NCBI GenBank assembly: GCA_964016885.1
Contig: OZ024740.1
Span: 2,108,001-2,172,000, forward strand
DNA: 64,000 nt
Direction: 5' to 3'
DNA from: Eledone cirrhosa
Lineage: Eukaryota
In this document: positions 25,401-40,400 of the stretch, piece after piece
Numbering within the stretch: the first letter of the stretch is position 1
How the letters are laid out: each line of letters begins with the position of its first letter
Translations under genes and position numbers: made by a program
Notes under the pieces: generated by a model
Seen by the model: the letters and a program-made list of their open reading frames with translations, nothing else
Database searches by the model: none
What the model was told of the DNA's origin: nothing

Positions 25401-28400
25401 TGTGGTGTGTGTAGTATTTGGTGCGTGTAGTATCGTGTGTGTAGTATGCGCTGTTTGTATTATGTGGTGTGTGTAGTATGTGGTGTGTGTGTAGTATGTG
25501 GTGTGTGTAGTATTTGATGTGTAGTATGTAGTGTGTGTATTATGTGGTGTGTGTGTAGTATGTGGTGTATGTAGTATGTGGTGTGTAGTATGTGTTAAGT
25601 GTAGTATGTGCTATGTGTAGTATGTGGTGTGTGTAATATGTGTGGTCTGTGTAGTGTATGGTGTGTGTAGTGTGTGGTGTGTGTAGTATATGGTGGGTGT
25701 AGTATGTGGTGTGTGTAGTATGTGGTGTGTAGTATCGGGTGTGTGTAATATGTGGTGCGTTGTATGTGGTGTGTACTATGTTGTGTGTAGTATGTAGTGT
25801 GTGTTGTATTTGGTGCGTGTAGTATCGTGTGTGTAGTATGCGCTGTTTGTATTATGTGGTGTGTAGTATGTGGTATGTGGTGTGTGTAGTATGTGTAGTA
25901 TGTGGTATGTAGTATGTGGTTTCTGTAATATGCGCTGTGTATTATGTGGTGCGTTGTTTGTGGTGTGTGTAGTATGTGGTGTGTAGTATGTGACGAGTAG
26001 TACGTGGTGTGTAGTGTGTGTTGTCTGTAGTATGTGGTGTGCGTAGTATGTTGTGTGCAGGATGTGGTGTGTGTAGTATGTGGTGTGTAGTATGTAGTGT
26101 GTGTATTACGTGGTGTGCGTCGTATGTGGTGTAGTATGTATTGTGTATTATGTGGTGTGTAGTATATGCTGTGTAGTATGTGGTGTGTGGTGTGTGTAGT
26201 ATGAGGTGTGAAGTATGTGGTTTGTGCAGTATGTGATGTCTAGTATGTGGTGTGTTGTATGTCGTGTGTGTGTAGTATGTGGTGTGTAGTAAGTAGTGTG
26301 TGTAATATGTGGTGTGTAGTCTGTGGTGTGTGTAGTATGTGGTATGTAGTATGTGTAGTATGTGATGTGTAGTATGTGGTGTGTAGGATGTGGCGTGTAG
26401 AATATGGTGTGTGTAATATGTGATGTGTAGTATGTGGTGTGTGTAATATGTGGTGTATGTGTAGTATGTAGTGTGTGTAATATGTGGTGTGTGGTTAGTA
26501 TGTGGTGTGTGTGTAGTATGTGGTGTGTGTAGTATGTGGTGTGTGTGTAGTATGTGGTGTGTGTAGTATGTGCTGTGTAGTATATGGTGTGTAGTATGTG
26601 GTGTGTAGTATGTGTTGTGTAGTATGTGGTGTGTAGTATGTGGTGTGTAGTATGTGGTGTGTAGTATGTGTTGTGTGTAGTATGTGGTGTGTAGTATGAG
26701 ATATGTAATATGTGGTGTGTAGTATGTGGTGTGTAGTATGTGGTGTGTGTAGTATGTGGTGTGTAGTATGTGGCGTGTAGTATGTGGCGTGTAGTATGTG
26801 GGGTGTAGTATGTGGTGTGTAGTATGTGTTGTAAAGTATGTGGTGTGTAGTATGTGGTGTGTAGTATGTGGTGTGTAGTATGAGGTGTGTGTAGTATGTG
26901 GTGTGTGTAGTATGTGGTGTGTAATGTGTGGTGTAGAGTATGTGGTGTGTGTAGTATGTTGTGTGAAGTACGTGGTGTGTAGTATGTGGTGTGTAGTATG
27001 TTGTGTGTAGTATGTGGTTTGTAGTATGTGGTGTGTGTAGTATGTAGTGTGTAGTATGTGGTGTGTAGTATGTAGTATGTGGTGTGTGTAGTATGTGGTG
27101 TGTAGTATAAGGTGTGTGTAGTATGGGTTTCTAGTATGTGGTGTGTAGTATGTGGTATGTGTAGTATGTGGTGTGTGTAGTATGTGGTGTGTAGTAGGTG
27201 GTATATAGTATGTGGTGTGTGTAGTATGTGGTGTGTAGTATGTGGTTTATAGTATGTAGTGTGTAGTATGTGGTGTGTAGTATGTGGTGTGTAGTATGTG
27301 GTGTGTGTAGTATGTGGTGTGTAGTATGTGGTGTGTGTAGCATGTTGTATGTAGTATGTGGTGTGTGTAGTATGTGGTGTGTAGTATGTGGTGTGTAATG
27401 TGTGGTGTGTAGTATGTGCTGTCTAGTATGTGGTGTGTGTAATATATGGTGTGTAGTATGTGGTGTGTAGTATGTGGTGTGTAGTATGTGGTTTGTGTAG
27501 TATGTAGTGTGTAGTATATGGTCTGTAGTATGTGGTGTGTGTAATATGTGGTGTGTAGTATGTTGTGTGTAGTATGTGGTGTGTAGTATGTGATGTGTAG
27601 TATGTGGTGGGTGTAGTATTTTGTGTGTAGTATGTGGTTTGTGTAGTATGTGGTGTGTGTAGTATGAGGTGTATAATAAGTGGTGTGCAGTATTTTGTGT
27701 GTAGTATGTGGTGTGTGTAGTATGTGGTGTGTAGCATGTGGTGTGTGTAGTATGTGGTGTGTAGTATGTGGTGTGTAGTATGTGGTGTGTAGTTTGTGGT
27801 GTGTGTAGTATGTGGTGTGTGTAGTATGTGGTGTGTGTAGGATTTGGTGTGTAGTATGTGGTGTGTAGTATGTGGTGTGTAGTATGTGGTGTGTAGTATG
27901 TGGTTCGTAGTATGTGGTGTGTAGTATGTGTTGTGATGTATGTGGTGTGTAGTATGTGGTGTGTAGTATGTGGTGTGTGTATTATGTGGTGTGTGTAGTA
28001 TGTGGTGTGTAATGTGGGGTATGTAGTATGTGGTGTGTGTAGTATGTTGTGTGAAGTATGTGGTGTATAGTATGTGGTGTGTAGTATGTGGTGTGTGTAA
28101 TATGAGGTGTGTAGTATGTGGTGTGTAGTATGTGGTGTGTAGTATGTGGAGGGTGTAGTATGTGGTCTGTAGTATGTGGTGTGTATTGTGTGGTCTGTAG
28201 GATGTGGTGTGGAATATGTTTTGTGTAGTATGTGGTATGTAGTATGTGGTGTGTAGTGTGTGGTGTGTGTAGTATGTGTTTTGTAGTATGTGGTGTGTAG
28301 TATGTGGTGTGTGTAGTATGTGGTGTGTAGTATGAGGTGTGTGTAGTGTGTAGTATGTGGTGTGTGTATGTGGTGTGTGTAGTATGTGGTGTGTAGTATG

Positions 28401-31400
28401 TGGTGTGTGTAGTATGTGGTGTGTGTAGTGTGTGGTGTGTAGTATGTGGTGTTTAGTATGTGGTATGTAGTATGTGGTGTGTAGTATGTGGTGTGTAGTA
28501 TGTGGTGTGTGTAGTATGTGGTGTGTAGTATGTGGTGTGTAGCATGTGGTGTGTGTAGTATGTGGTGTGTAGTATGTGGTGTGTAGTATGTGGTGTTTAG
28601 TATGTGGTGTGTAGTATGTGGTGTGTAGTTTGTGGTGTGTGTAGTTTGTGGTGTGTGTAGTATGTGGTGTGTGTAGGATGTGATGTGTAGTATGTGGTGT
28701 ATAATATGTGGCGTGTTGTATGTGGGGTATAGTATGTTGTGTGTAGTATGTGGTGCGTAGTATGTGGTGTGTAGTATGTGGTTCGTAGTATGTGGTGTGT
28801 AGTATGTGGTGTGTAGTATGTGTTGTGATGTATGTGGTGTGTAGTATGTGGTGTGTAGTATGTGGTGTGTGTAGTATGTGGTGTGTGTAGTATGTGGTGT
28901 GTAGTGTGTGGTGTGTAGTATGTGGTGTATGTAGTATGTGGTGTGTGTAATATGTGGTGTGTAGTATGTGGTGTCTAGTATGTGGTGTGTGTAGTATGTG
29001 GTGTGTAGTATGTGGTGCGTAATGTGTGGTTTGTAGTATGTGCTGTCTAGTATGTGGTGTGTTTAGTATGTGGTGTGTAGTATGTGGTGTGTAGTATGTA
29101 GTGTGTAGTATATGGTGTGTGTAGTATGTGGTGTGTAGAATGTGGTGTTTATTATGTGGTGTGTAGTATGTGATGTGTAGTATGTGGTGTGTAGAATGTG
29201 GTTTGTGTAGTATGTTGTGTGTAGTATGTGGTCTGTAGTATGTGATGTGTAGTATGTGATGTGTAGTATGTGGTGGGTGTAGTATGTGGTATGTAGTATG
29301 TGGTGTGTAGTTTGTGGTGTGTGTAGTATGTGGTGTGTAGTATGTGGTGTGTGTAGGATGTGGTGTGTGTAGTATGTCGTGTGTACTATGTGGTGTGTGT
29401 AGTATGTGGTGTGTAGTATGTGGTGTGTATTATGTGGTGTGTGTATTTTGTGTGTGTATTATGTGGTGTGTAGTATGTGGTGTGTAGCATGTGGTGTGTG
29501 TAGTATATGGTGTGTAGTATGTGGTGTGTAGTATGTGGTGTTTAGTATGTGGTGTGTAGTATGTGCTGTGTAGTTTGTGGTGTGTGTAGTATGTTGTGTG
29601 TAGTATGTGGTGTGTAGTATGTGGTTCGTAGTATGTGGTGTGTAGTATGTGTTGTGAAGTATGTGGTGTGTATTATGTGGTGTGTGTATTATGTGATGTG
29701 TAGTATGTGGTGTGTAATATGTGTTGTGAAGTATGTGGTGTGTATTTTGTGGTGTGTGTAGTATGTTGTGTGAAGTATGTGGTGTGTAGTATGTGGTGTG
29801 TAGTATGTTGTGTGTAGTATATGTTCTGTAGTATGTGGTGTGTGTAGTATGTTGTGTGTGTAGTATGTTGTGTGTGTAGTATGTGGTGTGTAGTATGTGG
29901 TGTGTAGTATGTGGTGTGTGTAGTATGAGGTGTGTAATATGTGGTGTGTGGTATGTTGTGTGTAGTATGTGGTATGTAGTATGTGGTGTGTGTAGTATGT
30001 GTTGTGTAGTATGTGATGTGTAGTATGTGGTGTGTAGAATGTGGTTTGTGTAGTATGTGGTGTCTAGTATGTGGTGTGTGTAGTATGAGGTGTGTAATAA
30101 GTGGTGTGCAGTATTTTGTGTGTAGTATGTGGTGTGTGTAGTATGTGGTGTGTAGTATGTGGTGTGTAGCATGTTGTGTGTAGTATGTGGTGTGTAGTAT
30201 GTTGTGTGTATTATATGGTGTGTGTATTATGTGTGTATTATGTGGTGTGTAGTATGTGTTGTGTAGCATGTGGTGTGTAGTATGTGGTATGTAGTATGTG
30301 GTGTGTAGTTTGTGGTGTGTAGTATGTGGTGTGTAGTTTGTGGTGTGTGTAGTATGTGGTGTGTGTAGGATGTGGTGTGTAATATGTGGTGTGTGTAGTA
30401 TGTGTTGTGTAGTATGTGGTGTGTAGTATGTTGTGTGTAGTATGTGGTGTGTAGTATGTGGTGTGTAGTATGTGGTTCGTAGTATGTGGTGTGTAGTATG
30501 TGTTGTGAAGTATGTGGTGTGTAGTATGTTGTGTGTAGTATGTGGTGTGTATTATGTGGTGTGTGTATTATGTGTGTGTATTATGTGATGTGTAGTATGT
30601 GGTGTGTAATATGTGTTGTGAAGTATGTGGTGTGTGTAGTATGTGGTGTGTAGTATCTGGTGTGTAATGTGGGGTATGTAGTATGTGGTGTGTGTAGTAT
30701 GTTGTGTGAAGTATGTGGTGTGTAGTATGTGGTGTGTAGTATGTTGTGTGTAGTATATGTTCTGTAGTATGTGGTGTGTGTAGTATGTTGTGTTGGTAGT
30801 ATGTGGTGTGTAGTATGTGGTGTATAGTATGTGGTGTGTAGTATGTGGTGTGTGTAGTATGAGGTGTGTAGTATGTGGTGTGTAGTATGTGATGTGTAGT
30901 TTGTGGTAGGTGTAGTATGTGGTGTGTAGTATGTGGTGTATAGTATGTGGTGTGTAGGAAGTGGTGTGTGTAGTATGTGGTGTTGAATATGTGGTGTGTA
31001 GTATGTGGTGCGTGTAGTATGTGGTGTGTGTAGTATGTGGTGTGTAGTGTGTGGTGTGTGTAGTATGTAGTGTGTAGTATGTGGTTTGTAGTATGTAGTA
31101 TGTGGTGTGTGTAGTATGTTGTGTGTAGTATGTGGTGTGTAATGTGTGGTGTGTAGTATGTGGTGTGTAGTATTTTGTTTGTAATATGTGGTGTGTCTAG
31201 TATGTGGTGTGTAGTATGTGGTGTATGTATTATGTGATGTGTAGTATGTGGTGTGTAGTATGTAATGTGTGTAGTATGTGGTGTGTAGTATGTGGTATGT
31301 AGTATGTGGTGTATAGTATGTGGCGTGTAGTATGTGGGGTATAGTATGTGGTGTGTAGTATGTGGTGTGTAGTATGTGGTTTATAGAATGTGGTGGGTAG

Positions 31401-34400
31401 TATGTGATGTGTGTATGTGGTGTCAAGTATGTGGTGTGTGTAGTATGAGGTGTATAATAAGTGGTGTGCAGTATTTTGTGTGTAGTATGTGGTGTGTAGT
31501 ATGTGGTGTGTGTAGTATGAGGTTTCTAGTATGTGGTATGTAGTATGTGGTGTGTGTAGTATGTGGTGTGTGTAGTATGTAGTGTGTAGTATGTGGTGTG
31601 TGTAGTATGTGGTGTGTAGTATGAGGTGTGTGTAGTATGTAGTGTGTAGTATGTGGTGTGTGTATGTGGTGTCTAGTATGTGGTGTGTGTAGTATGAGGT
31701 GTATAATAAGTGGTGTGCAGTATTTTGTGTGTAGTATGTGGTGTGTAGTATGTGGTGTGTGTAGTATGAGGTGTGTAGTATGTGGTATGTAGTATGTGGT
31801 GTGTGTAGTATGTGGTGTGTGTAGTATGTAGTGTGTAGTATGTGGTGTGTGTAGTATGTGGTGTGTAGTATGAGGTGTGTGTAGTATGTAGTGTGTAGTA
31901 TGTGGTGTGTGTATGTGGTGTCTAGTATGTGGTGTGTGTAGTATGTGGTGTGTAGTATGTGGTGTGTAGTATGTGGTATGTAGTATGTGGTGTGTAGTAT
32001 GTGGTGTGTAGTATGTGGTGTGTGTAGTAAGTGGTGTGTAGTATGTGGTGTGTAATGTGTGGTGTGTAGTATGTGGTGTGTGTAGTATATAGTGTGTAGT
32101 ATGTGGTGTGTAGTATTTTGTTTGTAGTATGTGGTGTGTAGTATGTGGTGTATGTATTATGTGATGTGTAGTATGTGGTGTGTAGTATGTGGTGTGTGTA
32201 GTATGTTGTGTGTAGTATGTGGTGTGTGTAGTATATTGTGTGTAGTATGTGGTATGTAAAATGTGGTGTGTGTAGTATGTGGTGTATAGTATGTGGCGTG
32301 TAGTATGTGGGGTGTAGTATGTTGTGTGTAGTATGTGGTGTGTAGTATGTGTTTTATAGAATGTGGTGTGTAGTATTTGGTGTGTAGTATGTGTTGTGAT
32401 GTATATGGTGTGTAGTATGTGGTGTGTAGTATGTGGTGTGTGTAGTATGTGGTGTGTAGTATGTGGTGTGTAGTATGTGGTGTGTGTAGTATGTGGTGTG
32501 TAGTATTTTGTTTGTAGTATGTGGTGTGTAGTATGTGGTGTGTAGTATGTGGTGTATGTATTATGTGATGTGTAGTATGTGGTGTGTAGTATGTAATGTG
32601 TGTAGTATGTGGTGTGTGTAGTATGTGGTGTGTAGTATGTGGTGTGTAGTATGTGGTGTGTGTAGTATGTGGTGTGTAGTATGTGGTATGTAGTATGTGG
32701 TGTGTGTAGTATGTGGTGTATAGTATGTGGCGTGTAGTATGTGGTTTATAGAATGTGGTGTGTAGTATGTGGTGTGTAGTATTTTGTTTGTAGTATGTTG
32801 TGTGTTTAGTATGTGGTGTCTAGTATGTGGTGTGTAGTATGTGGTGTATGTATTATGTGATGTGTAGTATGTGGTGTGTAGTATGTGGTGTGTGTAGTAT
32901 GTGGTGTGTAGTATGTGGTGTGTGTAGTATGTTGTGTGTAGTATGTGGTATGTAGTATGTGGTGTGTGTAGTATGTGGCGTGTAGTATGTGGGGTGTAGT
33001 ATGTTGTGTGTAGTATGTGCTGTGTAGTATGTGGGGTGTAGTATGTTGTGTGTAGTATGTGCTGTGTAGTATGTGGTGTGTAGTATGTGGTTTATAGAAT
33101 GTGGTGTGTAGTATTTGGTGTGTAGTATGTGTTGTGATGTATATAGTGTGTAGTATGTGGTGTGTAGTATGTGGTGTGTGTAGTATGTGGTGTGTAGTAT
33201 GTGGTGTGTGTAGTATGTGGTGTATGTAGTATGTGGTGTGTGTAGTATGTGGTGTGTAGTATGTGGTGTGCAGTATGTGGTGTGTAGCATGTGGTGTGTG
33301 TAGTATGTGGTGTGTAGTATGTGGTGTGTAGTATGTGGTGTGTAGTTTGTGGTGTGTAGTATGTGGTTCGTAGTATGTGGTGTGTAGTATGTGTTGTGAT
33401 GTATGTGTTGTGATGTATGTGGTGTGTAGTATGTGATGTGTAGTATGTGGTGTGTAGTATGTGGTGTGTAGTATGTGGTGTGTAGTATGTGGTGTGTGTA
33501 GTATGTGGTGTGTGTAGTATGTAGTGTGTAGTATGTGGTGTGTAGTATGTGGTATGTAGTATGTGGTGTGTAGTATGTGGTGTGTAGTATGTGGTGTGTG
33601 TAGTAAGTGGTGTGTAGTATGTGGTGTGTAGTATTTTGTGTGTAGTATGTGGTGTATAGTATGTGGCGTGTAGTATGTGGGGTGTAGTATGTTGTGTGTA
33701 GTATGTGGTGTGTAGTATGTGGTGTGTAGTATGTGTTTTATAGAATGTGGTGTGTAGTATTTGGTGTGTAGTATGTGTTGTGATGTATATGGTGTGTAGT
33801 ATGTGGTGTGTAGTATGTGGTGTGTAGTATGTGGTGTGTGTAGTATGTGGTGTGTAGTATTTTGTTTGTAGTATGTGGTGTGTAGTATGTGGTGTGTAGT
33901 ATGTGGTGTATGTATTATGTGATGTGTAGTATGTGGTGTGTAGTATGTAATGTGTGTAGTATGTGGTGTGTGTAGTAATGTGGTGTGTAGTATGTGGTGT
34001 GTGTAGTATGTGGTGTGTAGTATGTGGTATGTAGTATGTGGTGTGTGTAGTATGTGGTGTATAGTATGTGGCGTGTAGTATGTGGTTTATAGAATGTGGT
34101 GTGTAGTATGTGGTGTGTAGTATGTGGTGTGTAGTATTTTGTTTGTAGTATGTTGTGTGTTTAGTATGTGGTGTCTAGTATGTGGTGTGTAGTATGTGGT
34201 GTATGTATTATGTGATGTGTAGTATGTGATGTGTAGAATGTGGTGTGTAGTATGTGGTGTGTAGTATGTGATGTGTAGTATGTGATGTGTAGTATGTGGT
34301 GTGTAGTATGTGGTGTGTAGTATGTGGTGTGTAGTATGTGGTGTGTAGCATGTGGTGTGTAGTATGTGGTGTGTAGTATGTGGTGTGTAGTTTGTGGTGT

Positions 34401-37400
34401 GTAGTATGTGGTTCGTAGTATGTGGTGTGTAGTATGTGTTGTGATGTATGTGTTGTGATGTATGTGGTGTGTAGTATGTGATGTGTAGTATGTGGTGTGT
34501 AGTATGTGGTGTGTAGTATGTGGTGTGTGTAGTATGTGGTGTGTAGTATGTGATGTGTAGTATGTGGTGGGTGTAGTATGTGGTTTGTGTAGTATGTGGT
34601 CTCTAGTATGTGGTGTGTGTAGTATGAGGTGTGTAATAAGTGGTGTGCAGTATTTTGTGTGTAGTATGTGGTGTGTAGTATGTGGTGTGTGTAGTATGTG
34701 GTGTGTAGCGTGTGGTGTGTGTAGTATATGGTGTGTAGTATGTGGTGTGTAGTATGTGGTGTTTAGTATGTGGTGTGTAGTATGTGGTGTGTAGTTTGTG
34801 GTGTGTGTAGTATGTGGTGTGTAGGATGTGGTGTGTAGTATGTGGTGTGTGTAGTATGTGGTGTGTAGTATGTGGTGTGTATTACATGGTGTGTGTAGTA
34901 TGTGGTGTGTAGTATGTGGTGTGTGTAGTATGTGGTATGTAGTATGTGGTGTCTGTAATATGCGGTGTGTAGTATGTGGTGCGTTGTTTGTGGTGTGTGT
35001 AGTATATGGTGTGTAGTTTGGTGTGTATAGTATGTGACGTGTAGTACGTGGTTTGTAGTATGTAGTATGTGGTGTGTAGTATGTGGTGTGTAGTATGTGG
35101 TGTGTAGTATGTGACGTGTAGTACGTGGTGTGTAGTGTGTGCTGTCTGTAGTATGTGGTGTGCGTAGTATGTTGTGTGCAGTATGTGGTGTGTGTAGTAT
35201 GTGGTGTGTAGTATGTAGTGTGTGTATTATGTGGTGTGCGTCGTATGTGGTGTAGTATGTATTGTGTATTATGTGGTGTGTAGTATATGCTGTGTAGTAT
35301 GTGGTGTGTGGTGTGTGTAGTATGAGGTGTGAAGTATATGGTTTGTGTAGTATGTGGTGTGCGTAGTATGTGGTGTGTTGTATGTCGTGTGTGTGTAGTA
35401 TGTGGTGTGTAGTAAGTAGTGTGTGTAATACGTGGTGTGTAGTCTGTGGTGTGTGTAGTATGTGGTATGTAGTATGTGTAGGATGTGATGTGTAGTATGT
35501 GGTGTGTAGGATGTGGCGTGTAGAATATGGTGTGTGTAGTATGTGGTGTGTGTAATATGTGGTGTGTAGTATGTCGTGTGTGTAATATGTGGTGTATGGG
35601 TAGTATGTGGTGTGTGTAATATGTGGTGTGTGGTTAGTATGTGGTGTGTGTGTAGTATTTGGTGTGTGTAGTAAGTGCTGTTTGTAGTATGTTGTGTGTA
35701 GTATGTGGTGTGTATTATGTGGTGTGTAGTATGTGGTGTGTAGTATGTGGTGTGTAGTATGTGCTCTGTGTGTAGTATGTGCTCTGTGTAGTATGTGGTG
35801 TGTAGTATGTGGTGTGTCTAGTATGTGGTGTGTAGTATGTGGGGTGTAGTATGTGGGGTATGTAGTATGTGGTGTGTAGTATGTGGAGTGTATTATGTGG
35901 TGTGTGTGGTGTGTGGTTTGTAGTATTTGATGTGTAGAATGTGGTGTGTAGTATGTGGTGTGTAGTATGTGGTATGTGTATTATGTATTGTGTAGTACGT
36001 GGTCTGTAGTATGTTGTGTGTAGTAAGTGGTGTGTGTAGTATGTGGTTTGTGTTGTATGTGGTGTATGTAGTATGTGAAGTATAGTAAGTGGTGTGTAGT
36101 ATGTGGTGTGCGTAGTATGTGGTGTGTGTAGTTTGTGGTGTGTAGTATTTAGTGTGTAGTATGTAGTGTGTAGTATGTGGTGTTTATAATAAGTGGTGTG
36201 TATTATGTGATGTGTAGTATGTGCTGGGTGTAGTATGTGGTGTGTGTAGTATGTGCTGTGTATAGTATGTGCTGTGTAGTATGTGGTGTGTAGTATATGG
36301 TGTGTAGTATGTGGTGTGTGTAGTATATGGTGTGTAGTATGTGTTGTGTGTAGTATGTGGTGTGTATTATGAGATGTGTAATATGTGGTCTGTAGTATGT
36401 GGCGTGTAGTATGTGGCGTGTAGTATGTGGGGTGTAGTATGTTGTGTGTAGTATGTGGTGTGTAGTATGTGGTGTGTAGTATGTGGTGTGTAGTATGTGG
36501 TGTCTAGTATGTGGTGTGTAGTATGTGGTGTGTATAGTAAGTGGTGTGTATTATGTGATGTGTAGTATGTGCTGTGTGTAGTATGTGGTGTGTATAGTAT
36601 GTGCTGTGTAGTATATGGTGTGTAGTATGTGGTGTGTAGTATGTGTTGTGTAGAATATGGTGTGTAGTATGTGGTGTGTGTAGTATGTGGTGTGTAGTAT
36701 GTGTGGTGTGTTGTATGTGGTGTGTAGTATGAGATGTGTAATATGTGGTGTGTAATATGTGGTGTGTAGTATGTGGTGTGTGTAGTATGTGGTGTGTGTA
36801 GTATGTGGTCTGTAGTATGTGGCGTGTAGTATGTGGGGTGTAGTATGTTGTGTGTAGTATGTGGTGTGTAGTATGTGGTGTGTAGTATGTGGTTTATAGT
36901 ATGTGCTGTGTAGTATGTGGTGTGTAGTATGTGTTGTGAAGTATGTGGTGTGTAGTATGTGGTGTGTAGTATGTGGTGTGTAGTATGTGGTGTGTGTAGT
37001 ATGTGGTGTGTTTAGTATGTGGTGTGTTTAGTATGTGGTGTGTGTAGTATGTGGTGTGTAGTATGTGGTGTGTAGTATGTGGTGTGTAGTATGTGGTGTG
37101 TGTAGTATGTGGTGTGTAATGTGTGGTGTGTAATGTGTGGTGTGTAGTATGTGGTGTGTGTAGTATGTTGTGTGAAGTATGTGGTGTGTAGTATGTGGTG
37201 TGTAGTATGTTGTGTGTATTATGTGGTTTGTAGTATGTGGTGTGTGTAGTATGTGGTCTGTAGTATGTGGTGTAGTAAGTTGTGTGTAGTATGTGGTGTG
37301 TGTAGTATGTGGTGTGTAGTATAAGGTGTGTGTAGTATGGGTTTCTAGTATGTTGTGTGTGTAATATGTGGTGTGTAGTATGTGATGTGTGTAGTATGTG

Positions 37401-40400
37401 GTGTGTAGTATGTGGTGTATGTATTATGTGATGTGTAGTATGTGGTGTGTAGTATGTGCTGTGTGTAGTATGTGGTGTGTGTAGTATGTGGTGTGTAGTA
37501 TGTGGTATATAGTATGTGGTGTGTGTAGTATGTGGCGTGTATTATGTGGGGTGTAGTATGTGGTGTGTAGTATGTGGTTTATAGAATGTGGTGTGTAGCA
37601 TGTGGTGTGTAGTATGTGGTGTGTAGTATGTGGTGTGTGTAGTATGTGGTGTTTAGTATGTGGTGTGTGTAGTATGTGGTGTGTAGTTTGTGGTGTTTAG
37701 TATTTGGTTTGTAGTTTGTGGTGTGTGTAGTATGTGTTGTATAGTATGTGGTGGGTAATGTGTGGTGTGTAGTATGTGCTGTCTAGTATGTGGTGTGTGT
37801 AGTATGTGGTGTGTAGTATGTGGTGTGTGTAGTATGTGGTGTGTGTAGTATGTGGTGTGTAGTATGTGGTGTGTAGTATGTGATGTGTAGTATGTGGTGG
37901 GTGTAGTATGTGGTGTGTAGTATGTGGTGTGTAGTATATGGTCTGTAGTATGTGGTGTGTGTAATATGTGGTGTGTAGTATGTGGTGTGTGTAGTATGTG
38001 ATGTGTAGTATGTGGTGGGTGTAGTATTTTGTGTGTAGTATGTTGTTTGTGTAGTATGTGGTGTGTGTAGTAAGAGGTGTATAATAAGTGGTGTGCAGTA
38101 TTTTGTGTGTAGTATGTGGTGTGTAGTATGTGATGTGGGTAGTATGTGGTGTGTAGTATGTGGTGTGTAGCATGTGGTGTGTGTAGTATGTGGTGTGTAG
38201 TATGTGGTGTATAGTTTGTGCTGCGTGTAGTATGTGGTGTGTAGTATGTGGTATGTGTAGTATGTGGTGTGTAGTATGTGGTGTGTAGTATGTGGTGTTT
38301 AGTATGTGGTGTGTAGTATGTGGTGTGTAGTTTGTGGTGTGTGTAGTATGTGGTGTTTAGTATGTGGTGTGTAGTTTGTGGAGTATGTAGTATGTGGTGT
38401 GTGTTGTATGTGGTGTGTAGTATGTGGTGTGTGTAGTATGTGACGTGTAGTATGTGGTGTATAGTTTGTGGTGCGTGTAGTATGTGGTGTGTGTAGTATG
38501 TGGTGTGTAGTATGTGGTGTGTAGTATGTGGTGTTTAGTATGTGTTGTGTAGTATGTGGTGTGTAGTTTGTGGAGTATGTAGTATGTGGTGTGTGTTGGA
38601 TGTGGTGTGTAGTATGTGACGTGTAGTATGTGGTGTGTAGTATGTGGTGTATAGTTTGTGGTGCGTGTAGTATGTGGTGTGTGTAGTATGTGGTGTGTAG
38701 TATGTGGTGTGTAGTATGTGGTGTTTAGTATGTGGTGTGTAGTATGTGGTGTGTAGTTTGTGGTGTGTGTAGTATGTTGTGTTTAGTATGTGGTGTGTAG
38801 TATGTGGTGTGTAGTTTGTGGAGTGTGTAGTATGTGGTGTGTAGTATGTGGTGTGTGTTGGATGTGGTGTGTAGTATGTGGTGTGTGTAGTATGTGGTGT
38901 GTAGTATGTGGTGTGTATTATGTGGTGTGTGTAATATGTGGTGTGTAGTATGTGGTGTGTAGTATGTCGTGTGTATTACGTGGTGTGTGTATTATGTGGT
39001 GTGTGTAGTATGTGGTGTGTACTATGTGGTGTGTGTAGTATGTGGTATGTAGTATGTGGTGTCTGTAATATGCGGTGTGTAGTATGTGGCGGGTGTAGTA
39101 TGTGGTGCGTTGTTTGTGGTGTGTGTAGTATGTGGTGTGTAGTTTGGTGTGTATAGTATGTGGTGTGTAGTATGTGACGTGTAGTACGTGGTGTGTAGTG
39201 TGTGCTGTCTGTAGTATGTGGTGTGTAGTATGTGGTGTGCGTAGTATGTTGTGTGCAGTATGTGGTGTGTAGTATGTAGTGTGTGTATTATGTGGTGTGC
39301 GTCGTATGTGGTGTAGTATGTATTGTGTATTATGTGGTGTGTAGTATGTGGTATGTAGTATATGCTGTGTAGTATGTGGTGTGTGGTGTGTGTAGTATGA
39401 GGTGTGAAGTATGTGGTTTGTGTAGTATGTGGTGTGTGTAGTATGTGATGTGTAGTATGTGGTGTGTTGTATGTCGTGGGTGTGTAGTATGTGGTGTGTA
39501 GTAAGTAGTGTGTGTAATATATGGTGTGTAGTCTGTGGTGTGTGTAGTATGTGGTATGTAGTATGTGTAGTATGTGATGTGTAGTATGTGGTGTGTAGGA
39601 TGTGGCGTGTAGAATATGGTGTGTGTAATATGTGGTGTGTAGTATGTTGTGTGTGTAATATGTGGTGTATGGGTAGTATGTGGTGTGTAGTATGTGGAGT
39701 GTATTATGTGGTGTGTGTAGTGTGTGGTTTGTAGTATTTGATGTGTAGAATGTGGTGTGTAGTATGTGGTATGTGTATTATGTATTGTGTAGTATGTGGT
39801 CTGTAGTATGTTGTGTGTAGTAAGTGGTGTGTGTAGTATGTGGTTTGTGTTGTATGTGGTGTATGTAGTATGTGATGTGTAGTATGTGGTGTGCGTAGTA
39901 TGTGGTGTGTAGTATGTGGTGTGCGTAGTATGTGGTGTGTGTAATATGTGGTGTGTGTAGTATGTGGTGTGTAGTATGTGGTGTTGATATTAAGTGGTGT
40001 GTATTATGTGATGTGTAGTATGTGCTGGGTGTAGTATGTGGTGTGTGTAATATATGGTGTGTAGTATGTGGTATGTAGTATGAGTTGTTTAATATGTGGT
40101 GTGTAGTACGTGGTGTGTGTAGTATGTGGTGTGTAGTATGTGGCGTGTGGTATGTGGGGTGTAGTATGTTGTGTGTAGTATGTGGTGTGTAGTATGTGGT
40201 TTATAGAATGTGGTGTGTAGTATGTGGTGTGTAGTATGTGTTGTGAAGTATGTGGTGTGTAGTATGTTGTGTGTAGTATGTGGTGTGTAGTATGTGGTGT
40301 GTATAGTAAGTGGTGTGTATTATGTAATGTGTAGTATGTGCTGTGTGTAGTATGTGGTGTGTGTAGTATGTGCTGTGTATAGTATGTGCTGTGTAGTATA